Shown: piece by piece, positions 29,082 to 39,429 of the stretch | Layout: every line of letters begins with the position of its first letter | How positions within the stretch are numbered: position 1 is the first letter of the stretch | DNA from: an uncultured delta proteobacterium | Lineage (GTDB): Bacteria; Desulfobacterota; Binatia; UTPRO1 | NCBI GenBank assembly: GCA_963753325.1 | Contig: CAVWBS010000001.1 | Span: forward strand, 2,802,553-2,866,552 | Direction: 5' to 3' | Length of the DNA: 64,000 nt | Notes under the pieces: generated by a model | Seen by the model: only the letters and a program-made list of their open reading frames with translations | What the model was told of the DNA's origin: nothing | Databases searched by the model: none | Program-made: the position numbers and the translations under genes

Positions 29082-31863
29082 TCAGCTCGCCGCAGCGAAA
29101 CGGCCCGTCGTGCTCTCGAGCTTGTCGCTCAGGATGCGGGCGAGATTGAGGAACACGGTCGCGGCGATACGCGGATATCGCCGCTGCAGACGCTGCAGGA
29201 AGCGCTCGTCGACGGCGAGCAGCTCGAGGTCGTCGACGGCGATGATGTCGGCGGTTCGCTGCTGCCGTCGGACGAGGCCCATCTCGCCGAACACGTCCCC
29301 GCGATCCAACCGCTGGACGAGCCGGCGTTGACCGTCCGGTCCGGTGATCACCACGTCCGCACGGCCGTTGATGATGACGTACATCGACTCGCCGGTCTCG
29401 CCTTGCCGCACGGCCGCGTCCCCCGCGCGCACGTTCTGCAACGTCCCCAGCAGCACCGCGATGCGCGCCTGTGCGCGCCGCAGCCCGCGGAAGAGCGGAA
29501 TCGTCAGGTGCGGGTCCTTGCCGAGCTTCACGAACAGCAGATCCCACAACGTGACGATCCGCGTTTGCGCCAGCATGGCCGGCAGCAGCAGGAGATTGGT
29601 GCCGAGGGCGGCGAGCATGGTCGCCGCCGTGAGATCGCCGAAGTCGCGCACCGGAACGAACTCGGAGAGCCGCATCACGAAGAAGCCGCACGTGAGCGCC
29701 ACCGAGGTGTAGACGATCGGGCGTCCGACGGTGCGGAGCGCGGTCGTGAGCGAGCCCTCCTGATCGTACGTGGCCTGGAGCTCGCGATTGAAGCGCACCA
29801 TGAAGTGGATCGTATTGTCGACGGCGATCCCGAGCGCGATCGCCGCGATGATGCTGGTGCCGATGTTGAGGCTGACGTGCCCCCAGCCGAGCACCCCGAA
29901 GAAGAGCACGATCGGGACGACGTTCGGGATCATGGCGATGAAGCCGACCTTCACGGAGAGGAAGAGCAGCGACATCACCACGAAGATCACGATGAGCGCG
30001 ACGGTGACGCTCTTCACCTGTCCCCAGACGACGTCGTCGGTGGTGCCGTTGAGCAAGACGATGTTGCCCGTGACCAGCGGCTGCGTGTCCGGCGGGAAGT
30101 TCTTCTCGCCGAAACCGTTGATCTGATCGACCGCCGTCGCGATCTGCCGCGAGCGCTCGAAGCGCGTGCGCACGAGGATGTTGGTCTGCGAGAAGTCCTT
30201 CGTGATGACCGAGCGGAAGGCGCCGGGGTTTTGCTTGACGAAGAGCAGCACCTCGTCGACCCGCCGCGGATCGTCCCAGAAGCTTTTCACCGTCGACGGG
30301 TCGATGACATTGCCCTGGTCGTCGAGCATGACGTCGCCGCTCGAGCGCAGGCCGTGGTCGAGCAAATCCAGGTAGTCGACGATGGAGACGCTGCGGGTGA
30401 CGCCGGGAATCGTGTCGATGAAGCGCTCGAGGTCCCGCACCCGGCGCAGCGACTCCATGGTCAGCATCGCTCCCGGATGGTCGGGCGCGCCGAGCACGAC
30501 GTAGAACGGCAGGGCGCCCGCGACGCGATCGTTGATCGCCTCGTGGGCGCGCAAGACCGGCGAGTCGGGCGTGAAGTACGAGAGGAAGTTCGTGTCGGCC
30601 TCGATGCGCGGCAGCGCCGCCAGCGCGCAGAGGACGAGGATGCCCGCCACGACGAAGATGACGCCCCGGCGGCGGATGTCGAAGCGCGCAATCTTGGCGA
30701 GGATCTTCGGCAGCCGGCCCCGTTCCCCCTCCCCACCGAGCGCCGGCTGGCGGTAGCGGCGCTCGGGCAGGATCAGGATCAGCGCCGGGACGAGCGTCAT
30801 CGCGAGAACGAACAGGATGATGATGCCGATGACCGCGAAGAGCCCGAGCGAGCGGACCGCCTGGATGCGGTTCAGCATCAACGCCGAGAACCCGATGACG
30901 GTCGCGACCGCCGAGACCAGGACAGGGAGCCCCGCCTGTTGCAACGCGCCGTACACCGGCTGGCCCGGTGTCGTCGGCGACTCGAGCTCGAGATAGTAGC
31001 GCGCCACCACGTGGGTGGCGTACGAGCTGCCGATGACGATGAGGAGCGACGGCAGCACCAGCGTGCCGAGAGAGATCGGCTCGCCGAGCCAACCCATGAT
31101 GCCCATCGTCCAGATGACGCCGACCAGCACACAGAGCAGGGGCAGCACCACGCCGCGGCGGGTGCGGAACGAGAAGAAGAGCACCAGCACCACCAAGGCG
31201 AGACTCGCGGGCGTCAGTGCCCTCAGGTCGCGCTTCATCAAGGCGAGCGCGTTCACCTTGATGTGCGACAGTCCGGTCAGGTACAGCTTCTCGGGACCGG
31301 AAGCGCCCACCTCGGCGACGAGGCGCTCGAGCTCGGCATCGATGCGAGCGGCACTGACGTCGTCGTACGCGTCGTCGGCGAGGAAGATGTTGACGGCGGC
31401 GCCGCGGCTGTCGGGCGCGACCAGGTTGCCGGCAAAGAGGGGATTGTCCCTGATCCGCGCCCGCAGAATCCTCGCGCGCGGCCGCCGTCTCCGGGATCTT
31501 CGGAATGAGCAGCGGCGGGTTCAGCACGTCCGCGATCGGGTCGCGGACGTTGGTCAGGCTGATGACGCTGGCGACGCCGGCGATCGCGCCCGCCCGACGG
31601 GTGAGCGTGCCGATCTTCTCGAGCGTCTCGGGCGCAAGAACATCGTCGGCCACGATGCCGATGATGTCCACCTCGTCGGCACCGAAGCGCGCGACGACCT
31701 CGTCATAACGTTGCTTCGCTGGATCGCCGCGCGGCAGCAGCGTGGTGACGGAGCTGTCGACGCGCAATCGCAGGGCGCCGAGGCCAAGGACGATCGTCGC
31801 TCCCGCCACCACAGCCACGACCAACCACGGCGAGCGAACGATCGCCCGGTAGGCCGCATTCAT
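29082..31863 (-). CDS. MMPL/RND-family exporter with a C-terminal cNMP-binding domain; apparent +1 frameshift near 31468
   Basis: N-terminal frame (LRVDSSV..LLP..DP....Y....ARFG) joins the 29082..31310 ORF. Two TM clusters with GSSYATH and [11 protein letters not shown]; C-terminal [20 protein letters not shown]....RTADI. Confidence 0.88.
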
Positions 31864-31985
31864 ATCGTCGGGGGAGCATCCGCTACCGCGAAAGGAAACT
31901 CAAGACCCATCGCCCTCGTCACGCGCTTCCGCTAGACAGGCGGTGCGGAGCGAGCGCGGCCGCAATCCCCAAGGAGCACACGACC

Positions 31986-32756
31986 ATGGATTTCACCGAC
32001 GTCCTCTTCGAGAAGCGCGACGGCACGGCGTGGATCACCATCAACCGGCCCGAGCGGCGCAACGCCTTTCGCGCGCGGACCGTCACCGAGCTCATCGCCT
32101 GCTTCCGCGACGCGGCCCGCGATCGCGAGGTCGGCGTCGTGGTGCTCACCGGCGCCGGCGACAAGGCCTTCTGCAGCGGCGGCGACCAGAAGGAGCGCGC
32201 CGAGAGCGGCTACGAGGAGCTCGAGGTCACCACGCTCCACACGCTCATCCGCGACATCCCGAAGCCGGTGATCGCCATGGTGAACGGGTTCGCGATCGGT
32301 GGGGGCCACGTCCTGCACGTGCTCTGCGATCTCTCCGTCGCCGCCGATACCGCGATCTTCGGGCAAACGGGACCACGCGTCGGCAGCGTCGATCCTGGCT
32401 TCGGCACCGCGTATCTGGCGCGCGTGGTCGGCGAGAAGAAGGCACGCGAGATCTGGTACCTCTGCCGCCAGTATTCGGCGGCCGAGGCGCTGGCGATGGG
32501 CCTCGTCAACAAGGTCGTGCCGGCGGCGGATCTGCGCCGCGAGGTCGAGGCATGGTGCGCCGAGTTGCTCGCCAAGAGCCCCACGGCGCTCAAGCTCGCC
32601 AAAATCTCGTTCAACGCCGACACCGATCACATTCACGGCATCGGCGGGCTCGGGTTCGCGGCGCTCGAGCTGTACTACGGCACCGACGAGGCCAAGGAGG
32701 GCGCGCGCGCGTTCAACGAGAAGCGGCCGCCCAACTTCCGGACGCCGCGCGGCTAG
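31986..32756 (+). CDS. MenB/BadI-like crotonase (naphthoyl-CoA synthase or 2-ketocyclohexanecarboxyl-CoA hydrolase)
   Basis: [63 protein letters not shown]. Confidence 0.85.
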   Translation: MDFTDVLFEKRDGTAWITINRPERRNAFRARTVTELIACFRDAARDREVGVVVLTGAGDKAFCSGGDQKERAESGYEELEVTTLHTLIRDIPKPVIAMVNGFAIGGGHVLHVLCDLSVAADTAIFGQTGPRVGSVDPGFGTAYLARVVGEKKAREIWYLCRQYSAAEALAMGLVNKVVPAADLRREVEAWCAELLAKSPTALKLAKISFNADTDHIHGIGGLGFAALELYYGTDEAKEGARAFNEKRPPNFRTPRG

Positions 32757-32781
32757 AGCGCCGGGGCAAGGGCGGCGGCGC

Positions 32782-33087
32782 TCAGACGGCGACCAGGACG
32801 TCGTCGCCCTCGATCTTGACCGGATACGCCTGCACCCTGCAGGCGGCGTCGTCGGTGTTCACGCCCGTGCGCACGTCGTAGCGCCACTCGTGCCACGGAC
32901 ACGTGACAACCGTGCCCTCGAGCTCGCCTTCCCCGAGCGGCCCGCCCTGGTGCGGGCACGTATCGTCGATCGCGTAGAACGTCCCGTCGCTATTGAAGAC
33001 GGCGATCGGCTTGTCGGCGACCTCGACCGTGAGCCCCGTTCCGGAGGGGATGTCACCGGTCTTTGCAACCTTCACGAAGTCGGCCAT
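32782..33087 (-). CDS. Rieske [2Fe-2S] ferredoxin
   Basis: CPHQGGPL and CPWH.WRYDVRTG. Confidence 0.92.
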   Translation of the reverse strand: MADFVKVAKTGDIPSGTGLTVEVADKPIAVFNSDGTFYAIDDTCPHQGGPLGEGELEGTVVTCPWHEWRYDVRTGVNTDDAACRVQAYPVKIEGDDVLVAV

Positions 33088-33118
33088 CGCGCCCTCCAGT
33101 CCGGCGACATGCCCGGCA

Positions 33119-33418
33119 TCAGCGCTTGCCGTCGATCTCCTCGTACATCTCGATCTGCGGCGGGCCGTCGAGGAGCGGGCCGATCGTCGAGAAGAGCGAC
33201 GCCATCTGCGCGCTCTGCGCATGCGCGTCGAGGCCGGCGCGATCCGCGTAACGCTCGTAGAAGAGGAACGTGGTCGGGTCCTTGCGGGCACGGTGCAGCA
33301 CGTACGTGAGGGTGGTCGCCTCGGCGGCCTTCACGTGCTCGATCATGACGCGGCAGGCGTGCTCGAACTCGGCTTCCTTGCCGGACTGCACCTTCAATTT
33401 CGCGACTACGGTAACCAT
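33119..33418 (-). CDS. ABM-domain (putative quinol monooxygenase) protein
   Basis: VVAKLKV..GKE.EF, TL.Y.LH, FLFYERY.D...LDAH; GAAGG RBS. Confidence 0.85.
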   Translation of the reverse strand: MVTVVAKLKVQSGKEAEFEHACRVMIEHVKAAEATTLTYVLHRARKDPTTFLFYERYADRAGLDAHAQSAQMASLFSTIGPLLDGPPQIEMYEEIDGKR

Positions 33419-33520
33419 GGCGGGCCGTCCTTCCGGTGCGACGTGGCCCGTCGCATGCGGCGACGGGCGCGCTTGACCGCTGCGCGGGCGTACAGTAACC
33501 GCGCGCTCGGAGCATTGCAA

Positions 33521-34618
33521 TTGCAGCCGCCGCGCAGTCGCACGATCGAGCTCATCGCCGTCCAGGCGTTCCTGCGGCTCGACGACTACCTCGACGGCGA
33601 CGCGTTCGCAGCGAAGATCACGGCCCTCGGCGAGCGCATCGCCGTGGCGCGTGAGCGCGATGGCGAGGGTCGCTTCCGGCACGACGCCCTCGTCGTCTTC
33701 CCCGAGCACATCGGCACGTTCCTCGCGGCGGCCGGTCATGCCGATCTCCTCCGCCCGGGCGATGACGTCGACGCCCTGCTGCGCCGGGTCGTACTGCGCC
33801 GCCCGCTGCGGCTCCTCGGGTCGATGCTGCGGCACCGGACGAGGGCACCCACGGCGGCCGTCCTGCTCGCCGAGAGCGTCAAGATGCAGCCCATCTACCG
33901 CGCCGCGTTCGCGGCCGTCGCGCGCCGCCTCGCCGCGACGGTGGTCGCCGGCAGCATCATCCTCCCGGACGCGGCGGGCGACGTCGCCGCCGAGCCGTTC
34001 CGTCCGCGCGACGAGCGGCTCTACAATCTCTCCTACACGTTCGCGCCCGACGGACGCTGCATCGACGTCACGCGCAAGGTCCATCTCGTTCCCACGCTCG
34101 AGGACACGCTGCCGCTCACCCCGGGCTCCGCCGACGCCCTCCGGCCGCTCGAAACGCCGTGCGGGCGGCTCGGCGTCCTCATCTGCTACGACGGCTTCGC
34201 CGAGCCCCACACCGAGCGCGAGCCGGACTTCCGGCCGCTCGGCGTTCGCCTTGCCGCCGCCGGCGTCGAGATCGTCGCACAGCCGGCGGCCAACCCCTGG
34301 CCATGGAACGAGCGCTGGGTCTTCTGCGCCCCGGGAGAGGACCAGCTACGGCGCGAGCAATGGCTCGGCGAGGGCCTCTTCAAGCAACTTCCCGCCATGC
34401 CGGGCGTCCGGTACGTCGTGAATCCCCAGCTGATCGGGGATTTCCTCGGGACACGGTTCGACGGTCGCTCCTACATCTTCGCGCGGTCACCGGACGGTAC
34501 GGCGACCATTCTCGCCGCCGCCGCGCGAGACGATGTCGATCCCGCGAGCGAGGAGGTCGTCGTCGCGCGGGTAGCGGCGATCGCGCGCGCGGACGGCGCC
34601 GTCGCGGCGTCGGATTGA
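33521..34618 (+). CDS. Carbon-nitrogen hydrolase (nitrilase superfamily)
   Basis: Glu-Lys-Cys triad: VFPEH, RKVHLVP, LGVLICYDG; TTG start approximate. Confidence 0.8.
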   Translation: MQPPRSRTIELIAVQAFLRLDDYLDGDAFAAKITALGERIAVARERDGEGRFRHDALVVFPEHIGTFLAAAGHADLLRPGDDVDALLRRVVLRRPLRLLGSMLRHRTRAPTAAVLLAESVKMQPIYRAAFAAVARRLAATVVAGSIILPDAAGDVAAEPFRPRDERLYNLSYTFAPDGRCIDVTRKVHLVPTLEDTLPLTPGSADALRPLETPCGRLGVLICYDGFAEPHTEREPDFRPLGVRLAAAGVEIVAQPAANPWPWNERWVFCAPGEDQLRREQWLGEGLFKQLPAMPGVRYVVNPQLIGDFLGTRFDGRSYIFARSPDGTATILAAAARDDVDPASEEVVVARVAAIARADGAVAASD

Positions 34619-34724
34619 CCCGCACGTGGCTCCGCCGGGTCTGCGCGGCCGGGCTGCCGGGCGACGGGCGGCGCCTCGACGAGACGCCACCCTCATGAGT
34701 GCCTGGATCGTCGCCGCGGCCCGC

Positions 34725-35666
34725 TCAGGCCGCTTCGGACTTCCCGAGCTTGAACGACTTGATCTTCCGCATCAGCGTGTTGCGCCCGATACCCAGGCGG
34801 CGCGCCGCGAGGCTCTGGTTCCAGTTGCAGCGGGCGAGGACCGTCGCGATGTAGTCACGCTCGAGCTCGCGCAGCGGGAAGACGTCGGGAGCCACGTAGC
34901 GGCGCGGGCGGCGGCCCAGGACGGTCCGCACACGCTCAACGGTGAGCTCCTGTCCGCGCGTCAGGGCGAGCGCCGCCTCGAGCGTCTGTTGCAGCTCGCG
35001 CGCATTGCCCGGCCAGGCGTAGGCGGTCAGCTCCGCGAGCGCCGTGCGCGCGACGGCGATGCCGGGCATGCCGGTGCGCTCGCAATAGCGTCGCACGAAG
35101 TACTCGGTGAGCGCCACGACGTCCTCGCGCCGGTCGCGCAGCGGCGGGATGGTCAGCCGGATGAGGCCGAGATGCGCGTGCAGATCGGAGAGGAACCTCC
35201 CGAGCCGGACCGCCTCCTCGAGCTCGACCAGCGTCGAGGCGATGATACGCGCTCCGCGACGTCCCGGATCGCCGCGCAGGACGCGGGCGAGCCGACGTTG
35301 CAGCCGCATCGTCAACGCCGCGATGTCCTCCAGATAGAGGGTGGCGCCACGGGTGGCGACGAGGCCCCCCTCGCCGTCGCGGCCGAAGAGCTCGGCCTCG
35401 ATCTCGGCCTCCGGACGGCCGTTCAGCGGCACCGCGAAGAACGGGCCCGCGCCGCGCGGGCTCTGCGCGTGGATCGCCTCGGCCAGCACGCGCTTGCCGG
35501 TCCCCACCTCGCCCTGCAGGAGGAGGTTGACCTCCGCGACCGCGAGCCATCCGAGCGCGCGCTCGACCTCGCGGATGGGCGCGCTCGTGCCCACCATCGA
35601 CTGCAGCTCGGTTCTCGCCATGACCTTCGTCCCCTCGTGGATCGGTACGCTCCGGAACACTTCCAT
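34725..35666 (-). CDS. Degenerate sigma54-activator-like AAA+ / Fis-HTH regulator without GAFTGA or a sensor domain
   Basis: GEVGTGK, ELFG, RF.SDL, PPLRDRREDV, WPGNAREL, WNQSLAARRLGIGRNTL; AGGAGG RBS. Confidence 0.85.
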   Translation of the reverse strand: MEVFRSVPIHEGTKVMARTELQSMVGTSAPIREVERALGWLAVAEVNLLLQGEVGTGKRVLAEAIHAQSPRGAGPFFAVPLNGRPEAEIEAELFGRDGEGGLVATRGATLYLEDIAALTMRLQRRLARVLRGDPGRRGARIIASTLVELEEAVRLGRFLSDLHAHLGLIRLTIPPLRDRREDVVALTEYFVRRYCERTGMPGIAVARTALAELTAYAWPGNARELQQTLEAALALTRGQELTVERVRTVLGRRPRRYVAPDVFPLRELERDYIATVLARCNWNQSLAARRLGIGRNTLMRKIKSFKLGKSEAA

Positions 35667-35833
35667 TGCTCCCTCCTGAAGCACGTCTTTACGGGAGGCG
35701 ACGCTAATGGATTGTCGGGGCGGCTGAGAAGGGCGGCGTGTCGGGTCATCACCTGACACTCGCAGGAAATTCCCCGGTGCTTGGCACCACCTCGCCGTGC
35801 CTGCTAGCAACTCCTGCGGGGAAACACCGGACC

Positions 35834-36493
35834 ATGAAGCCCGAGCGCACCAAGGTACTGGTCGCCGACGACCACACGATCGTCCGGGAAGGGCTGCTGT
35901 CGCTCCTGCAGGAGCAGCAGGACATCGTCGTCGTGGGCGCCGCCGAGAACGGCCGCGACGCGGTCGAGAAGGCGCGCCGTACGTTTCCCGATATCGTTGT
36001 GATGGACATCGCGATGCCGCTGCTGAACGGCATCGAGGCGACGCGCCAGCTGCACCGTCTGATGCCGCAGACGAAGGTCATCGTGCTGACGATGTACGTC
36101 GACGAGGAATACGTGCTGCGGGCGCTCCAGGCCGGCGTACGCGGCTATCTCCTCAAGAAGGCTGCCGCCTCCGAGCTGCTGCAGGCGATCCGTGCCGTCG
36201 ATCGCGGCGACTTCTACCTGAGCTCGGACATCTCGCGCGTGATCGTCGAGCGGTTCCTCGCCTCCGAGGACGGCTCCGTCGAGGAGATCGCCACGCTGTC
36301 CGAGCGCGAGCGACAGATCCTGCAGCTCGTTGCCGAGGGCCACACCAATCGCCAGATCGCGACCGCGCTCGGCATCACGCCGAAGACGGTCGACACCCAC
36401 CGCACCCGGCTCATGGCCAAGCTCGACATCCACGACACGCCGGGGCTGGTCCGCTACGCGATCCGCAAGGGCCTGGTGCGCGCAGACGACTGA
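35834..36493 (+). CDS. NarL/LuxR-family response regulator
   Basis: ADDH.IVREG, VMDIAMP.LNG, GYLLK, LSERERQIL, TVDTHR..LM.KL. Confidence 0.95.
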   Translation: MKPERTKVLVADDHTIVREGLLSLLQEQQDIVVVGAAENGRDAVEKARRTFPDIVVMDIAMPLLNGIEATRQLHRLMPQTKVIVLTMYVDEEYVLRALQAGVRGYLLKKAAASELLQAIRAVDRGDFYLSSDISRVIVERFLASEDGSVEEIATLSERERQILQLVAEGHTNRQIATALGITPKTVDTHRTRLMAKLDIHDTPGLVRYAIRKGLVRADD

Positions 36494-36510
36494 CGCCGCG
36501 GGCGGCGGAC

Positions 36511-37518
36511 TCAGGGCCGATGCGCGCGCGAGCTTGCGCGCGGCGGTGGAGTGCTGCGTGTCACGTCGGTCGGTACGCCGCTCTTGGCGCGCAGGGCGGC
36601 ACGCAGCAGCTCCGGATCGACCCGCGCGGCGAGCTTCGCCTTCTGCACCTCGGCGAGCGCATAGTGCTCGAAGTTCCGGATGCGGCGGTAGACGTCGTCG
36701 TGCACCTCCACGTACACGCGCCCGCCGTCCTCCCCGAGCTTCACCGGCTGGTAGACGAGCTCACCCGGCATGCCGGTCCGGACGAGCGGGAACAGCGCCT
36801 CGATGTCCTCCGGATAGAGCCGGATGCAGCCATGCGTGGTGAGGCGGCCGATCGACCACGGATCGTTGGTGCCGTGGATCGAGTACAGCCCTCGCGACAG
36901 ACGGATACGGTAGGCTCCGAGCGGATTGTCGGGACCCGGCGGGACGACCTTTCTCGGCGCGTCCATCGTGCGCTGGATGTCCGCGGGCACGATCCACGTC
37001 GGGTTGGCGTCCTTCGAGCGCACCACGAACGGCCCTTCGGGACTCGGCGCCTCCTCGACACCGATGCCGACGGGCCACGTGAGCAGCCCCACCTGCTCGC
37101 CCGGGCGCGCGTCGACCGGAAACATGTAGAGGCGCATCTCGGGAACGTTCACCACGAGGCCGCGGAAGTGCGAGCGTGGCAGGATCCAGCGCGTCGGGAC
37201 GGTGACGTCCGTCGAGGGTGGCGGTATCCATTCGTCGACGCCAGGATTGGCATCGCGCAGCTCGCGGAAACCGAGATCGGCGTTGCGGGCGACGTCGAGC
37301 AGCGTCTCGCGCTCCACCACGCGATGGCGCTGCATGCGTCCGACGAGCCCCGGGAGCTCCCCCGGACGCGGCACGTGCACGGTCGCGGCCGTGATCTTCT
37401 GCGGCGCCGGAGGCGCGGCTGGACGGGAGCGGAACACGCCGCAGCCGGCGAGCGTCACCGCGAGCACGATCGCGAGCGCCGTGCGTCCGCGTCCCCCTCC
37501 CCACCGGCCGCGCGTCAT
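36511..37518 (-). CDS. L,D-transpeptidase (ErfK/YbiS/YcfS type) lipoprotein with a LysM-like domain
   Basis: Lipobox LAGC, ETLLDVAR, ANPGVD.W.P, VNVPEMRLY, PGPDNPLG, IHGTN....IG...THGCIRL. Confidence 0.92.
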   Translation of the reverse strand: MTRGRWGGGRGRTALAIVLAVTLAGCGVFRSRPAAPPAPQKITAATVHVPRPGELPGLVGRMQRHRVVERETLLDVARNADLGFRELRDANPGVDEWIPPPSTDVTVPTRWILPRSHFRGLVVNVPEMRLYMFPVDARPGEQVGLLTWPVGIGVEEAPSPEGPFVVRSKDANPTWIVPADIQRTMDAPRKVVPPGPDNPLGAYRIRLSRGLYSIHGTNDPWSIGRLTTHGCIRLYPEDIEALFPLVRTGMPGELVYQPVKLGEDGGRVYVEVHDDVYRRIRNFEHYALAEVQKAKLAARVDPELLRAALRAKSGVPTDVTRSTPPPRASSRAHRP

Positions 37519-37728
37519 GGCAGGTTGGCCGCGTAGGCGATCAGAATCCTCGAGCTGACGCAGCTTGTGTGCGCGCGCGACGCGCTCGTGCACGGGGGCG
37601 CCGCAGTAGGCGAGGCGCGACAGCGCCAGACACTCCTCCATGATCGCGAGACACCGCTCGTTGAGCGCGTGCTCGCGCCGCCGCGCCCGTTGTCGCAGGA
37701 CATCGGTGAAGTCGATGATCTCCGCCAC
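37515..37728 (-). CDS. Small hypothetical protein (about 70 aa); apparent +1 frameshift near 37546
   Basis: VAEIIDF.....R.RRR...; removing one base gives ...QLEDLIAYAANLP* with an ATGA overlap on the L,D-transpeptidase start. Confidence 0.55.
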
Positions 37729-37801
37729 GGCGACCGACGGTAACATAGGCGATGCGCGAACGCCAAATTTGCCGGCGGGGCGTGTTGCGCTATGCGCGCG
37801 C

Positions 37802-38695
37802 ATGGTCGATCCTGCCGCGATGCGCGTGAACCACCTGTCCGTCGCGGTGCGCGACATGGAGGCGGCGAGCGCGTTCTTTGCGCGCTGGTTTCCCGTACGG
37901 CCGATGCACGAGCGCGCCGCCGGCCATACCGGGGACTACACGTGGTGCGACTTCTTCATCGGCGACTTCAAGCTCGAGCTGATCAGCAGCGCGGCGCCGG
38001 GCAGCTTCGTCGAGCGCTTCATCGCCAAGCGCGGGGAGGGCCTGCACCACCTCTCGCTCGAGGCACCCGACTTCCCCGACGTGATCGCCGCGCTCGAGCG
38101 TGGCGGGGTGCGCATCGTCGACCGCTACGAGAACGGCGAGGACAAGACGGCGTTCATCTCGCCGCGCTCGGCGTTCGGTACGCTCATCCAGTTCTGGAAC
38201 GCCATGGACGATGCGCCGGCGCACCCGCCCATCGCGGAGCACCGTTACGGCAACGACACGGTGCGGGTGCGGGTGAACCATGTCTCGATCGCGGTCCGCG
38301 ACATCGACGCGTCGCTCGCCTTCTTCACCCGCTTCTTCCCGGTGACCGTCGGCGTCGCGCCGCGGGAGGGTTACGAGCCGTCGTTCCGCTTCGCCAACTT
38401 CTTCCTGCATGGATACAAGATCGAGTTGATCGAGCAGAATCCGACGCAGCCCGACGGCTTCGTGCGTCGGTTCCTCGACAAGCGCGGCGAGGGCTTCCAT
38501 CACGTCTCGATCGACGTCGATCGCCTGGCGCCGGTGCTGACGGCGCTGGAAGGCGGGGGCGTGCGCATCGTCGGTCGGTATCGCCGCGAGCGCGACGGCC
38601 GCGAGACCGCGTTCATCTCACCCCGCTCCGCGCATGGCGTGCTCATCCAGTTCTGGGAGCACCCGGAGATGACGGCGGAGCGCGGCCTCGATTGA
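37802..38695 (+). CDS. Duplicated VOC (methylmalonyl-CoA epimerase-like) protein
   Basis: Two repeats of NH.S.AVRD, K.ELI, FV.RF..KRGEG.HH.S, TAFISPRSA.G.LIQFW. Confidence 0.85.
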   Translation: MVDPAAMRVNHLSVAVRDMEAASAFFARWFPVRPMHERAAGHTGDYTWCDFFIGDFKLELISSAAPGSFVERFIAKRGEGLHHLSLEAPDFPDVIAALERGGVRIVDRYENGEDKTAFISPRSAFGTLIQFWNAMDDAPAHPPIAEHRYGNDTVRVRVNHVSIAVRDIDASLAFFTRFFPVTVGVAPREGYEPSFRFANFFLHGYKIELIEQNPTQPDGFVRRFLDKRGEGFHHVSIDVDRLAPVLTALEGGGVRIVGRYRRERDGRETAFISPRSAHGVLIQFWEHPEMTAERGLD

Positions 38696-39420
38696 GCGCG
38701 CGGCTGCCAGCAGCGCGGCTGCGCGCCGTCTCGTTCGACGCCGCCGGCACCCTCATCCACACCGCTCGACCCGTCGGCGAGCTGTACGCGGCCGTGGCGT
38801 CCCGTCATGGCGCGGCAATCGATCCGCAGGCGCTGCACGGCCGGTTTCGCGCCGCGTTCGGTGGCGCGCCGCCTCTCGCCTTTCCCGACGTCCCGCCGAG
38901 CGAGCTGCGCGCCCGGGAGAAGGACTGGTGGCGCGCCGTCGTCATGCAGGTCTTCGCCGGGGTGCCCTTCGCCGACTTCGCGGCCTTCTTCGACGATCTG
39001 TTCACCGTCTTCGCGAGCGGCGAGGCGTGGCGGGTCGATCCGGATGCCGCGCCGCTCCTCGCCGATCTGCGCGCCCGTGATCTCACGATCCTCGTGGTCT
39101 CGAACTTCGACGCGCGCGTACGCGGCCTGCTCGCCGCCGTCGGGCTCGCGCCGCTGATCGATCGCGTCACGATCTCGAGCGAGGCGGGTGCGGCGAAGCC
39201 CGACCCGGCCATCTTCGCGCGCGTCCTCGCCGAGACCGGTCTGGCGCCGCACGAGATCGTGCACGTCGGCGACACCATCGAGGAGGATCTCCGCGGCGCC
39301 CGCGCCGCAGGCATTCCCGTGCTGCTGGTCGGCGGTGCGGCGCTCGCCCGCGAGGCGCCCGACGCGTGCGTCGTGCCCCGGCTCGGCGACGTCGCGGCGC
39401 GCCTGCACGACGCCCGCTGA
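38692..39420 (+). CDS. HAD-superfamily hydrolase (REG-2-like)
   Basis: FDAAGTL, VSNFD.R, KPDPAIF, HVGD...ED..GA; TTG start overlapping the VOC stop. Confidence 0.88.
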   Translation: MSARLPAARLRAVSFDAAGTLIHTARPVGELYAAVASRHGAAIDPQALHGRFRAAFGGAPPLAFPDVPPSELRAREKDWWRAVVMQVFAGVPFADFAAFFDDLFTVFASGEAWRVDPDAAPLLADLRARDLTILVVSNFDARVRGLLAAVGLAPLIDRVTISSEAGAAKPDPAIFARVLAETGLAPHEIVHVGDTIEEDLRGARAAGIPVLLVGGAALAREAPDACVVPRLGDVAARLHDAR

Positions 39421-39429
39421 GGGCGGCCC

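Noticed and set aside
28354-31863. 1169-aa ORF as a real protein, and MMPL/GH57 as true pseudogenes
   Set aside because: Only the first ~130 aa are genuine. A single-base insertion in a recurring motif explains the break, and both halves are otherwise undegraded.
33446-33468. Hairpin GCCCGTCGC-N5-GCGACGGGC between divergent genes
   Set aside because: No U-tract and GC-rich stems arise easily by chance here; function unsupported.
35781-35796. sigma54 promoter TTGGCAC... before the NarL gene
   Set aside because: GG-to-GC spacing is 9 rather than 10 and there is no TTGC.
36511-37857. 448-aa L,D-transpeptidase with a novel N-terminal domain
   Set aside because: The fusion results from the +1 insertion near 37546; the lipoprotein signal begins at 37518.
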